From Zygnema circumcarinatum SAG 698-1b (taxonomy: Eukaryota > Plantae > Zygnematophyceae), in NCBI GenBank assembly GCA_037447605.1, contig CM074807.1, forward strand, positions 2,552,327-2,616,326: a stretch of DNA of 64,000 nt. The letters are read 5' to 3'. The translations under genes and the position numbers were made by a program. Below are positions 52,001 through 64,000 of this stretch, one piece after another (the first letter of the stretch is position 1; each line of letters opens with the position of its first letter). The notes beneath the pieces were generated by a model. It was given only the letters and a program-made list of their open reading frames with translations, was not told the origin of the DNA and made no database searches.

Positions 52001-52716
52001 GTGATTATTGTAGTAAAACAGGTTATACTCAAGGCTCTCTGTCTTCTTCCGGGCAGCAGCTTGACCATGTAATGGCCGTGACATTCACAAGGGCATACAG
52101 CTCGTTTTATGAGGTAGGCGAAGATTAGCTGTTTTTTTTATTACTGACAATCTAGTTAGTGGTCGATGCTTTTGGGTTGCAGGATCAGCAGCTCAAGGCA
52201 CATGAAGCACAAGCGAAGAAGAAGCAGAAGGAAGCTGAGCAACGGCAAAAACAGAAGGCAACCGTGAAAGAAGGGAAAACTCCGTTCTTCCCGAAGAAGT
52301 GTGAGTGACAACTATGAGAGAGCGGGTGCAATGAGTTTGATCAGACAGTCACTACTGTTTTTCTTCCTCGTTTTCTTACCCTCTTCCTCAGGAAGCATTC
52401 CGTAAACAAAACCAGTCAATGAGGAAGCACCTGACCATCTCATTGGCTTTTCGGAGTGGTTGTACAGCGGAAAAACGCAAGCAGGCGCTGATCGAGAAGT
52501 ACCAAGAGTTGAAGGTATGGTCTCTGATGGGGGGGGGTCCCATATCTCAGGCTGTCGGCTTTGTTTTCATGGCTGCCCGAGGACTGGGTCAGTGGTTGAC
52601 ACATTCCGGATCTGCCCGTGCAGGCTGCAGGTAAGCTGGAGGCTTTCCTGGCAAAGCGGAGAAAGAGGAATGCATCGAAAGAGCACAAGAAGCTTCCCGA
52701 TAGGCGCTCAGTGTGA
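49070..52716 (+). CDS. RRP36: rRNA biogenesis protein RRP36 (DUF947)
   Basis: Exons include 49070-49135, ~49352-49482 (APFEVLQKL...LKRDNKNR), 50569-50635 (PQELPSKRPVPRLR), 51414-51466 (VRDPRFESLCGELD), 51582-51636 (FKAAYGFL), then GKTPFFPKK, LIEKYQELK, GKLEAFLAKRRKRNASKEHKKLP; TGA 52714-52716. Confidence 0.9.
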
Positions 52717-54458
52717 GCTATTGAGCCGCTTCCTACATAGAGTTGAGCTCTGGGTAGCGCGCGCACATGCCCATGTCGGAGGCCGCCCTTGTACAGCATT
52801 CAATCCTGTTGAATTTTCCCTTCATCTCCTCTCTGCCAAGACCGAGTTTTCTTCTTGTGATTGATGAAAGTCTGCCTTTGTCAAATGTAAAGTGCAGTGA
52901 AATTTCCATCCTGGACAACCTGTGACCTCCTTAGCTTCCACCACTTGTGAAATCATTCCGAAGTGCGGGAAAATGGCATTGAACTCACGATGGCGAGGCA
53001 TCAAATGTACATGGACAAAAGCAGAAAGTGGAACCACGAGGGACTGGTCGCAAAGGACCTAAGCATAAAAGAAAAAAGCTAAGAGCGGAAAACTACGCCT
53101 AGAAGCCGTTCAGAAGCCGTTGACCTATTTCGAGTGATTACGAGTAAGTGCCATCTGACAGCCAAATTAACCGTCTCCTCTCCAACGGTCACGTAACGGC
53201 ACTGTCCAACAGACCGTTAACGGTTATAGCGGCGCCTGTCGCGCCCTCCAACCGCTTCCCGAGGCCGTTTGGACCGATAACGTCCACTGAAGCTGGTACG
53301 GTACGGCCGAATATTCCGTCGGCAGATCCTCGCACGTGTGGGACAGTTAGGCCGCCGCTGCCATCCGTACGCCCATTGACCGAGCAGCCGAGTCAACTGC
53401 CGGCAGTTCAAGTCCGTACGATATGCTGCGCTCGGTGGGCCGTACGGTACAAACCGTACAGGTTACCGACGCAACGGCCCTCGGGCCTCGGCCCGTTCCA
53501 ATAAGGGACGAGGGAGGGAGGGCGTGGCGACATGGAGGGCGGCGAGCGCAGAGCCGTCGGATAGATCCGACGGCTGAGGGTCGTTGCAAACCCTAATTTT
53601 GAACGTGCAGTTGTGCGTGGCGATATGTCCTCAGGGCAGGGAAGATTGTTTTTGGCTGCTCAGCGTTAGCGATCATTCATTCATTCCTTCGTTACTTAGC
53701 CTTCAATTTGTGAGTACGTTGGAGCTACTGACCTCGAAAAGATTTGAGGCTGGACTGTTTCGTAGTGGAATTGCGCCTGTGCCTCCTCACTCGAAGCATT
53801 CGAGCAACAAAAAGATTAACATGCGCACATACCCAATTAATTGCGACATTTTGCACATTGACAGAGCAAACCCGAGACAACACCTTCTGCGGATTGTAAG
53901 AGAGGAAGTGACCTCACTCTGCCTTAGCACTCGCTGCTGCAAATTTTGACGCGCAACACATTGCTGACAATTCGAACCACCCAGTCGCTTCCTTGGGAGT
54001 TCAATAGAAGCAAAAAATATCCGCAGAACTTTATTGCAGAATTAAGATGATACAGATAAAAACCTGTTTTTCTCAATTTCCTGCTGAATTTCAGCAGAAT
54101 TCCTCCTAACGCTGACCTGCTGCTGCCCCCCCCAAACCCAATCTATCGCTTTCCCTACCCCTTGTTCTATGGCTGCCCCCCGAGCATCCTGCATGCTCAA
54201 GATAACCCCCCCCTGTCTGCCCCAACCATCCCTGCTGCCTGCAAAAGCTCGGGGATTTCGCTTATCCCCTCCGACTTTTTATTGCAAACAATTTTCCGCC
54301 GCCAGCCGTCTCCGCTTACATAATACACTAATATAATTAGCCCTAAATCAATTCATAGAATATTCATATCACGCATACTCCCACCAATCCCTGCAAAAGC
54401 TGTACAAATATCATCATTACCCCCTTCCCAAAAGCGCACCCAGACACTCTTCGAGTCT

Positions 54459-56520
54459 CTAAGCCGCTGCAACCGACACCAAATCCGCCCGCTTTGCGTC
54501 CTTCTCCAAGGGCCCCTCCCCCTCCACAGACTCCTGCCTCTTGTGCTCCGCCCTCTGCCCCTCCCCCTCGAGGGCCTCCTCCACCTCCTCCTCCTGATGC
54601 CTCTTGTGCTCGTTCACAGCCTCCAGCACCTCCTTCAGCTTCTCCACTCCCTCCTGCACCGCGGGAGGGGAGAGGTGGGCCGCCGCGAAGCAGCGCGTGG
54701 GTACGGGCACATCCCCGACCGCGAGAGTGGGCTCAGTGCCCACGCGGGATGTGCGCACCATCGCCTTCCAGAAGGCATGGGTTTGCGCGACCATGTTCAG
54801 AGTGTACTCGCGGGGCATCGCCTTCTCCTCGAGGGCAAACTTGTTCAGAGGCTTGCCGTCGAAGGTCTTGTATGTGCGGAACCACTCCCTGCAGGACGAA
54901 TGAGCGAATGACTCAGTCACAGTCTGAAAACTCCTGTATGAGACTAAAATCATCCGCAGAATCTCCGGAGTCCAGAGTTTAGCAGAAAAGCTACGGACGA
55001 TGAGAACTACAGGAATTGCTGCGATGTAAATCTCTCCCCCATAACTGAGTCAAAATATCTGGTGAACGAAGTTCATGCAGTCATGCAAAGGGCCAGAGAG
55101 ACTTCCTAACCTTCCCGAGACCTACAAACATCCACCTTGCCCCAGTCTGTGCCCTATGTTCGCCCTTCTGTACCATTCCCTCCATATCACTCTCCTACAG
55201 TCCCGTGCCACCCACAGCTCCACACTCACGCAAGGGACGCAACCCGCCCATTCCTGCTTCCGTTGCCAGTCCAGCACTCCCTACTAAACCACAAATCGTC
55301 CTCTCAGCAACCCCTAAAATAGCCCTCCATCTCTCGACCGCGCTCTTACCTGATAGCAGAGAGAGTTCCGGGGAAGTGCTCCTCCATGTCCGTGACGTCA
55401 TTCACGAGAGCCGCCCGTGGGTCGGAGGCGGCGATGGCAACCACCTTCCAGTCGAGCTCGCCCTCGTCGATCATGGCGAAAGCTGCACTCACAACCACAT
55501 TCGACCCATCCCCTCAGCCCTCCTTCCCACTAACGAATCTTCCAGCCTCTCCAACAAATCAAAATGGCGTCCTTTACCGATAACTTTCTCAATTCCCCTA
55601 CCCCTCCTATCTCTCTACTACCCTCTCTCCCATCTCCAGGGCCACCTACCTCCAATGGGCTTGACTTCATAGATTCCGCCGGAGGTAGCGGTGTGCTGCC
55701 CGATCTCCACAACATCGACGGGATCGTTGTCGCCAATGTGGCCGTCGCAGTCCTCGCTCGCATGCGTTGGGTCCTCCCACGTCTGCACGCGCACAACTCG
55801 CCATTAGTCTCTCCGCCCATCCGCGAAGAGTACAGCACAGCACTTCGTTCAAGTCTCCAGACCTAACTCCCTCCACCCTTTTCTGCTTCTCCTCCCTCAC
55901 CTGGGGCAGCATGCCGTAGTTCCACAGAATGTCAATGGCGTAGGAGCGCGGCTTGCCCTTCTTGGAGTCCTGCTTGATAGGGTTTCCGGGCTCATTCGTG
56001 GCAACCTGCACAGGGAACATCAAATTCAGTGAGCCCCTCAATCCTCCTCCTAACTCCCTCCTCCCTCCTTTATTCGCAACCAAAGGAGGCAATGTTCGGC
56101 CGGTTCAGAGGCAGCCCGGGGGCGCACCTCATACTTGGCGCGCGTATTTTTAGGGATCTCGCAGACGAAGTTGAGGAGGCCCTGCCCCGCGTAGAGCGGC
56201 ACCGAGTGCCAGGGCGAGATGGCGCGGCCCTCCGAGTTCTTGAAGTGCAGGCGGTAGTCCAACGTGCCCACCTCGCCGCTCTCCAACACCTGCAGGCGGC
56301 CGCAAGCACTGTCAGAAGAGGTTTTGAAAGTCGCCGGACGGCAGCCCGTCTCCACGCACACACACAACGCAAGCTTTGACGGATTTTTCTCGAGGGACAG
56401 AGACGAGAGGGGGGAGGGAGGAGGGCTGCAGCTCACCTTGAGAGTGTGGTTGGCGACGTCGCGCGCAGTGGCGCACTCGCACTTGTGTTGCGTGTTGCGG
56501 TTCGAGCTGACGTTCACCAT
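54459..56520 (-). CDS. Soluble inorganic pyrophosphatase, family I eukaryote/PPa6-type, with short N-terminus and acidic C-terminal extension
   Basis: ATG 56520 (GGCGCCATGG context); motifs ISPWHSVPL, NFVCEIPK, IKQDSKKGK, WNYGMLPQTWEDP, GDNDPVDVVEIG, AMIDEGELDWKVVAI, WFRTYKTFDGKP. Confidence 0.92.
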
Positions 56521-59500
56521 GGCGCCGGCGGAGGGAGGGAGGGAGGGAGGGAGGGAGGGAGGGAGAGAGGTAGAGAGGGAGAGAGGTAGAGGAGGGAGGG
56601 AGAGGGGGAGGAAAGAGACTGAACGCAACGCACGTAACGCACTACAAGGAGGGGCGCAAACAACGGCTCTGTCTCTCGGAGGGCGGGGGGGGCTTCTAAT
56701 ATAGTGGCTGAGATGTCACGTCACGCAGGGGCCGTACGGAAGGAAGGGGCAGTGGCCGCCACGTGGCAGATTCCGGGTCCCATCGCGAGCGCATCGGACG
56801 GCCTCGCGCGAAGTTCGGACCGACAGCGATGCGGGGATGGCCGCGGTCGCACGTGCGAGGGCCCGGAAGGGGACTCCGCCGATGGCTCCGTCGACCTCGC
56901 GGGCGGCATCTCACGCGCGGCATCGCGCGATGCTTTTCTTTTTGCGGGCAGGGGCAGGGCCGGGGGCACGGGCAGGGGCGCGCGGTCCCTGGGCGGCCAA
57001 CCTGAGGCCGCCACGTGGCGCACGGAGCGGTCCCGGGGCAGTGTCAGGTTTCGCGCCGATTGGCCGCGCGCATTGGAGATACCACGCGGCCTGCGCGCCG
57101 CGGCCCGCGCCAGCTGGCGCACTCCCCGCAAACCGCGGGATCGCGCCGGGCAGGATCTCCGCCCTCGCAAGTGCGAGGACGAAACATTTCGAGGTGCGGG
57201 CAGCCAGATGTTTTGGGCGGGCAGCCCGGCGGCAATGATTTCCGCCCAGTAGCCGGAGGAACGCCCGCGCGGCGACGTGGCGGTGGTCGTACGGACATAT
57301 GGTACGAACGGTACGGACGGGGCGGGCGAGGCGGGGAGCTCCGGGAAACGTTCACCAACCGACGGCAACGGCGCCGACCGCAACGGCGGACACGTGTCAG
57401 CGCCGGCGGGATGTGACGCCCGCGGAGTGACGCGGTTTTGACTCTTCTTATGACGTCACAGTCGGCCAGCGCGGTGCCGGCTGTCGGAATGCGACGGCCG
57501 GCGGCGGGGGGCAGGAGATTTCAACATTGCCGGCGGCGAGCGCGACGCGTGCCAGGGCCCGCCGGGAGGCCGTACAGCCTACGGAACCTACAGCCTTGTG
57601 TGTTCAAGCAGTTCTATGCTTCGTGAGCCGCCCCCGTTCCGTTCTGCCGAGGGGGGCCGGGGAGGCTCCCCCGTCAGTGGCTCGCGGGCCGCCGCCGACG
57701 AGCGCTCGGCGGCGCGCCACGTGGAGGGATCTGCGCCGCGCTGGGCCGCAGACGCGGGGACTCGCACGTGTTATAATTTCACTCGATTGGCCCTCAGGGC
57801 GACAGGTCCGCGGATCGCGGACAGCTCGGCCAATCCGAGGGAGCCAGGCGGCACGCTAGCCCAAGAGGCCGATCTTTCCAAACGACCGGCCGGACTGCCG
57901 GGAGGGCCCCGAAGGACTGTCACGTGTCGATCTGTGAGTGGCTGCGGTGCTGCCGAGCTGGCCCTCCGAGTGGCCGTGCCTTGACCGCGAGCGACCGCCC
58001 GAGATCTGACAATTGCGAGGCGGCGGAGGCGCCGCGTTCCGTGCGCACAGTTGCGCGTTGCGTTGCGCGCGAACGGCGCGCGGGGCCGGAGAGGGGCGGA
58101 GCGACCCGGGCGGCACAGTCAACGCTGGTCAACGCGGGCGGCTGGCGCGGCGGGAGCTGCCACCTCGGCGACCTCGCTGAGGGGGGTCGGGTCACACGTG
58201 GGAGCCGTACGGCGCGGCTGCACGGGCGGGAGGGAGGGAGGGCGGGCGGGTGACCGGTGACGGCCGGCCTCGCCCTTCACTTCCCTCCCGAAGGCTTTGA
58301 CCCGCCGCAGGCTTTGACTGACTGCCGAGCGGCGGAGAGTGAGGTGGCTGGTTGGTTGCGAAGGCCGAGGGCACAAGGCGGCCGCGGTGGGGCGCTTGAT
58401 TAAAAAAAAAAAAAAGGAAAAAAACACAATGAACGCGGCGCGTCATTGCGCCACTTTACTGCTTTAGTCGGCGGTCGCAGGAAGAGGGAGTCACTCGCTT
58501 GCGCGAAGTGCCTTCCCCTTTGAGGCCCGTCCATGGCAGAGAAAGGTGCCGCATGACAAAAAGTTCAAAGCCATTGATGGGCCCGCTCTAGACTTCACCA
58601 TTTGGACTCAATTGTGCATGACTGCATGCACAACAATACGACAACATGTCAAGAATTTGTGACCGCTTGACCCTGTCAATTTGTTCTTGTTGCCTGGCTT
58701 CCTGTCGTACTATGAGAAACGTACGTCTAAAGCAACAGGAGGTGAGGGGGCAAGCGGGAGTGAGAATAGGCGGGAGAGAAAAGGAGTGAGGGAGTAGAGG
58801 GAAGTGGGAAATAAAAAACAGAGCAGACTCGTGGGAGTGTAGAGGGGAGGAGTGCATTCTGAGGAAGGTTAGTGAGGTCGAAGAAAAATCGAGGTAGAGA
58901 AAGATACTAGAGGGGGTGAGGAGGAAGTGTGAGGAGCGGAGAGAGAAGGAGAGAGTGAGAAGAGCACATGTGATTTTCTCGCTGTTCAAAGACCGAAATG
59001 GAATTAGGGGAACTTTTTCTTTTGTAAAAAAAAGGCTTTTGATGTACAACACTTCCCTCCACTTCCCTCCACTTCCCTCCACTTCTTCCCACTTCTCTTC
59101 CGAGCAGCTACTGTTCTGTAAGGCGCGGGGGCTATCAAAAAGGGCACATTCAAGAAACGTGCCATTGTGGAGGCCGGGCAGAGCCTCAGCTCTCCTCACA
59201 TATGAACCCTTGTCCCAAGTTTTCCTTCTTTTTTCTTCTTTCTTGTGCCTCTACCAACTACTTCCACCCCCATCGTTCCTCTATTCCCAATGACTTTCCC
59301 TCGAGAGGAACCCCCGAGCTTGTAGTGAAGCAGCATCAGATTCCACCTTCTGAGTCGAAAGAACCCTTCCGCAAGGCTGCAGCCCGAGTGGCCTAAAGCC
59401 GCATGTCCTGAGAACGAGACAGTTGGCAGCCTTACACGATGTCTCCACCTTTCAAAAAAAGCAGTGGTATTTGCTAAGCAAGCGGATGAGCTCGACCCTT

Positions 59501-59573
59501 ATTGTCTCGTCCTCAGTATGCGACTCCATTCTGATTGTGGTTCATTAGAAGAAGATAAGAATAGATAGTACGA

Positions 59574-61823
59574 TCATAGCCAGGCCCCCCATCCTGGAAA
59601 CATGACACAGAGGCGTGTGGTATCCTGTGCACTCTGTATGAGGTGCTGCACCTGCAAGGGAAGGAAGGACAGCTTAAGAATCAGTTTCATGCCATGCCAG
59701 CTCCTGTTCTTATCAACATCTGTACTATGAAACCCATGACCGGCCATTCCTTACGCGTGAACACTCTCACCTGTCCTTGCAGAGAGTGCAGTTCTCCCTC
59801 CTCATATCCGTCCAACTTCTGCTTCACGCGCAGCAGTGCTCGCGCTGCATCTTGATTGCCCTCAATGGCGTCTCCGGTACTCTCTAACTCTTCACTCTCC
59901 TCTTCGTCCACTCTTCCCTGCAAACGTCCGATTCACAGACGGACCCAAGTTTGACTTTTTGGAGACAGGAACATGGGCAGCAGAAAATGGAAACAATTGA
60001 GGTACTTGGACCCATAAGCGGATGCGAGATTGAGAGTCATCGCATAACCATACCTCCTGCAAGTGCAGAGCCTTGAGCGGAGAAAGGGCCCACTTGTAGA
60101 GGGGATCGTGGAGGAATACCTGCAATGCCCAGATAGTGTGCAGAATGAGCAAATGCTCTCTCTCTCTCTCCCTCCCTCCTCCCTCCCTCTGATTATCAGT
60201 GCTGAGGAGAATTTTCTACCATGACGATGGTGAGCAGTGCCTCCTTATTGGCTCGCAGAACGGCGAGAGTGGCCTCACAGCATCGCCGGAACACTCCCTC
60301 CACGCCGCACACTCCCAACGCATCGACCAGATCGCGAGTGAGACGAAAGGGAACCTGCACATAGCACACATAGCGACTGAAGGTCAACAACACATGGAGG
60401 GAGAGGCAAAATCTCTATCACAAGGACACAGCGACACTAACATTGCAGAAGTGCGTCCGGATAAAGAACTGGTGGCTGATAACTCAGAGAATTAATAAGA
60501 ATTACGATGAAAAGCAGCCCCATGGTTGGTTTCCGAATTGGGGTGAGATTCGTGTTGTGTGCAATCTACAAGGTGGGCCAGTTTGCAACTCACCCTTTCT
60601 GGAGTCTTTAGCATGAGGCCCTGTTCAAATGCCACTCCAAGGTCTATGTGAACCACTTCTGCAGTCGCTGTATCCAGCAGGATATTCATGCTGTGCCTGT
60701 CCCCTAACCCCACAATGTATCCCACCTGCATGGAAAAGCAGCTTGTCGGGATAAGAAGCTTGCCAACTCAAGTATGGATGCATGCATGCGAGAGGAAAAG
60801 AGGCAGCAGAGGGCAGCACCATTGAGGCAGCTGCCAAACTGCGCGAGTACGCGAGTCGCTTTTCAAACCACGTTTCGGGCTGCGCAAAACGCTCGGTGAA
60901 GAAATGGCGCATGACAGGTCTGCAGGGAAAGCAGGAAGTCAGTCAAAGCAAAGAAAGCAGGAAGGGATGGGAAGGGGGAGGGATGGCAGGAGGTTCACAC
61001 TTCACCTGAAATTATCGTACACTTTGGAAAAGGCTGCAAACTTGTCTGTTTCCTGCACCGGCTTACAATGAGTGGTATCAGGGGCTGCTTTTCCACTTTG
61101 TCACGCAACAAAAAAGAAACACAACATCATACTATGAGAGTGGTGAACGAGAGGCAGGCAAAAGCGGAGGTCATGCGACATTGCAAAACCAAAATGACAA
61201 AGATAGTTCAACATGCAAACTCACTCTTGTCATAACTTCACGGCACTTCAAGTACGTCCACTGACCAATCCCGTAGCGTGCATGTGCGCCAGAATCCTTC
61301 TTGCTGTCAAGTACAGCACATTTGTCAGATCATAAACTACGGGCAAACGTCGACCACCTAAGAATCTTGTTGTTCATTGTACCCTCCACAGATGGCCTAC
61401 TTCACTGCTGGCAAGCCTAATGAAAGCGGGAAGGAACGCACGGTCCATGGAGGTAATCGCCGAGTGGAAGAGTGCCGTTGACCCACTCCAGCACACCCGC
61501 ACTCGGAGTGAAGGGCACAACCTGAAACCCACCAATTTAGAAAGATCAGCTTCAAATTCTACAATGCAAACTACGATTGCGCATGCTTTTCATGGTTTCA
61601 CAGCATTACTGCAGGGCCAACACCCTGCCTTGTAGGTTCGGATATGCAGTTGGCGTGTGCGAGTATCGGGATGGTCCTTCAGAAGTGCATTGACGAGACC
61701 GAAAAGCTGCTCCATGACCTGCATCTCCATGCTCCGATGGCATCAGTTTCACCTGCCCCTCAGCGGTTCAGAAAATCCTAAGCCTGCCTCTGCTGCTGCC
61801 CATCTGCTGATACCCATTTGCAT

Positions 61824-61878
<55 letters not shown>

Positions 61879-63900
61879 AGCACTGGAGACACAGAGAGAG
61901 TCACCCACCGCATCTTGACGCAAATCGTCGTTGCCGGATTTGGCGAGCTGCTTGTAGAGGCGGCCGTCGGATCCGAGGCACTCCACTACTTTGGGGGCGT
62001 TGATGCCGTTCATCACTCTGCCTCGTAGCAGATCAAAGACCCACTGTCAAAGACCGACCAAATGAGCAGGAAAACGAAACGAAACGTGAAGAAGCGTGCA
62101 GACAGACATATTGTAGATCTGCAGTGATGCACTTGCAGTGAGAGAGCAAATTAGGCAACAGAGGGGAGGCTTACATTAGCTTATCGGTGAAACTGCAGAA
62201 ATGGGGAAAAGATCCTGGAGAGTATGTACAGGTAGGATCAACTGGCAATTCCGCAGTCACAACGGGAACCTGCCCAACACCCTCTACCCGCCCGCATCTC
62301 AAACTAACTCTTCTAAACAAAATAGTGAAGGTAGAGAAAACAATCGCGGCTCTGCTCTCACGAACAGAGTAGAACCACCCTCATCATCCTCATCTCTGAA
62401 TCACGAATGTGGTGGCAGTCGTCCACTGCGACAACAACGAATTCAAGGCCACGACGATCAAAAGGACTTTTCACGATTGCAAGGTCTCACCAAATTCAGC
62501 TCTCGAATGGACCGCACATCACGGGGCATCGTTAGGGCTGGACCGCCAGTTCCTCTCTGTCAAGATCACTCCACATAAGGAACAGAAGCAGCATATTATC
62601 GCCAGATGTTATTGAACTACATTTTGCACTCCAACCCTGCCACTAATCTCCGTTGAAAAGTAAAGGGAAGCTTTAGTTTGGAGAACATGGCTGTTACCGT
62701 CTCAAGCTCCGCCAACCGAATGTACACCTCGATCATCTGCTGCATCTGCACATTCACACCATTCTCTGCCTCCTTCAGCTGCCGAAAGCAGCAATCCCTG
62801 CTTGAGTGCGAGGGCTTTCAGACCCATCAAGCTTCTCATCAGGCCTGTAGGGAGGGAGAGGGGGAGCGAGAGAGAGGGGAGGAGAGAGAGAGGGGTTCAC
62901 CTGTGCAAGCAGTGGGGCGTGGCGAGAGCGCAGAGAGCGCAAGACAGTGAGAGCCGCTTCCTTTTTTTCGGGATCGACCACAAAAGCACTTCTAGTCATG
63001 CGCTTGTCCGGAACGCGGTCACCATTTGCCAGGGCGAGCAGCTGTTCCCAAGAAGGGAGGGCCCTTTGGTGGGTCGGATATGAGTCTCACACAGGAGAGT
63101 GAGGGAGGGGTCTCTTTCTGCAGCTTTGGAGTTACTGTCAGAACTTACCTGGTTGAGTGTGTGGTAAGGATGCTCGTTCGCCATTTTGATCACGAGCTTC
63201 ATAAGGACGACCTGGAACGGGAGACGGCCATTTGCTGATGTCAAAACCTTCTAATGACAGAGGCGTGTTCAGCAGCTGCGCTCTGCCTTGTTTCAGCTTT
63301 TTCAGCAGCATATCATTCTCAAGGGTAGAAAAGGCATGCTTTGACTTTTAGGAGATACGGACCCTCACCTGAAATTCACTGTTTGTTGAATTGGCCATGC
63401 GTGAGGCAAGCTGATAGACCAATGGAAGGAACTTGCGAGAGGCAACCTACAGTCACACACCAGCGAAAGGTCATACAACATGCAGAGGATTGTCGCAGTT
63501 CTGAGAGAGGTACAGAGACGTTGTCAATGCCCCCACCTGCTCAGTTGTCCTCAGCATCGCCTGCGCCATCTCCGGAGAAGCTGCTAACTCGAACCAAATG
63601 GCTACGAGTCGAAACATCTGCCAAACATTCGGCTCAGTGAGCTTCCAGTACGAAGCTCGATCAAGCATGGCTCTGTGTAGGTGTTTTAGGCATTACTAAT
63701 TTACAGTTGAGGAATATGTAAGGCATGGCAAGGCAGCAGACTTACAGCTCGGATGTCATATTTATCGCCGGTCATAAGACTCTTGCGATAGCTGCTCACT
63801 GCCTGCAGCAACACGGCATCTTTATCTTCCTGCCCTCCCAGAATGGGCAGCCAATATTCAACGGCCTCAGAATTTGCCTCGGCTGCTGTTATCAGTAAGA
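59574..63900 (-). CDS. ATM: ATM serine/threonine kinase (5'-partial; FAT end, PI3K-like kinase domain, FATC)
   Basis: Exons encode [68 protein letters not shown]...[77 protein letters not shown]-stop (59574-59576). Confidence 0.96.
61826..61873. repeat. (AT)n microsatellite in an ATM intron
   Basis: About 24 AT units read directly. Confidence 0.95.
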
Positions 63901-64000
63901 ATTCCTCGTTTGCAAGCCCGTTCGAATCACAATTTCCACTCCAGTTCGAAAGGCGGCAAAGGAATTATAGTAAAGTATGTGAAGCAGAGCTTAAAGAGAA

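Noticed and set aside
58588-59199. 203-aa minus-strand ORF downstream of ATM
   Set aside because: Largely a pyrimidine-rich low-complexity tract with 10-bp repeats; no recognisable domain.

Overview
Intron-rich, gene-dense eukaryotic nuclear DNA of a streptophyte, most plausibly a charophyte green alga (inference from gene content, AAACCCT telomere-type motifs and GA/CT-rich spacers; the species cannot be fixed from this window). Twelve apparently intact spliced genes were reconstructed by hand: SPS (5'-partial), a divergent SnRK1-alpha-like kinase, VPS3/TGFBRAP1, TRM1, a non-canonical BZR/BES1 factor, a Slo/BK-family K+ channel, a GT90 glycosyltransferase, RAE1, a bacterial/phage-type pyrimidine-dimer DNA glycosylase homologue, RRP36, a PPa6-type pyrophosphatase and ATM (5'-partial). 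Most striking: (1) an MSMEG_6728/T4-endoV-type glycosylase gene with three introns, an 87-aa Ser-rich organellar presequence whose predicted cut would recreate the catalytic N-terminus, an upstream module copied from the RAE1 promoter and two MITEs; (2) a decayed intron-bearing INTS11/CPSF73-II fragment invisible in the ORF track; (3) a ~50-copy 31-bp tandem array in which each unit is a canonical G-quadruplex motif, just upstream of the K+ channel, which itself lacks the Ca2+ bowl. All protein assignments come from recalled motifs, not database searches.
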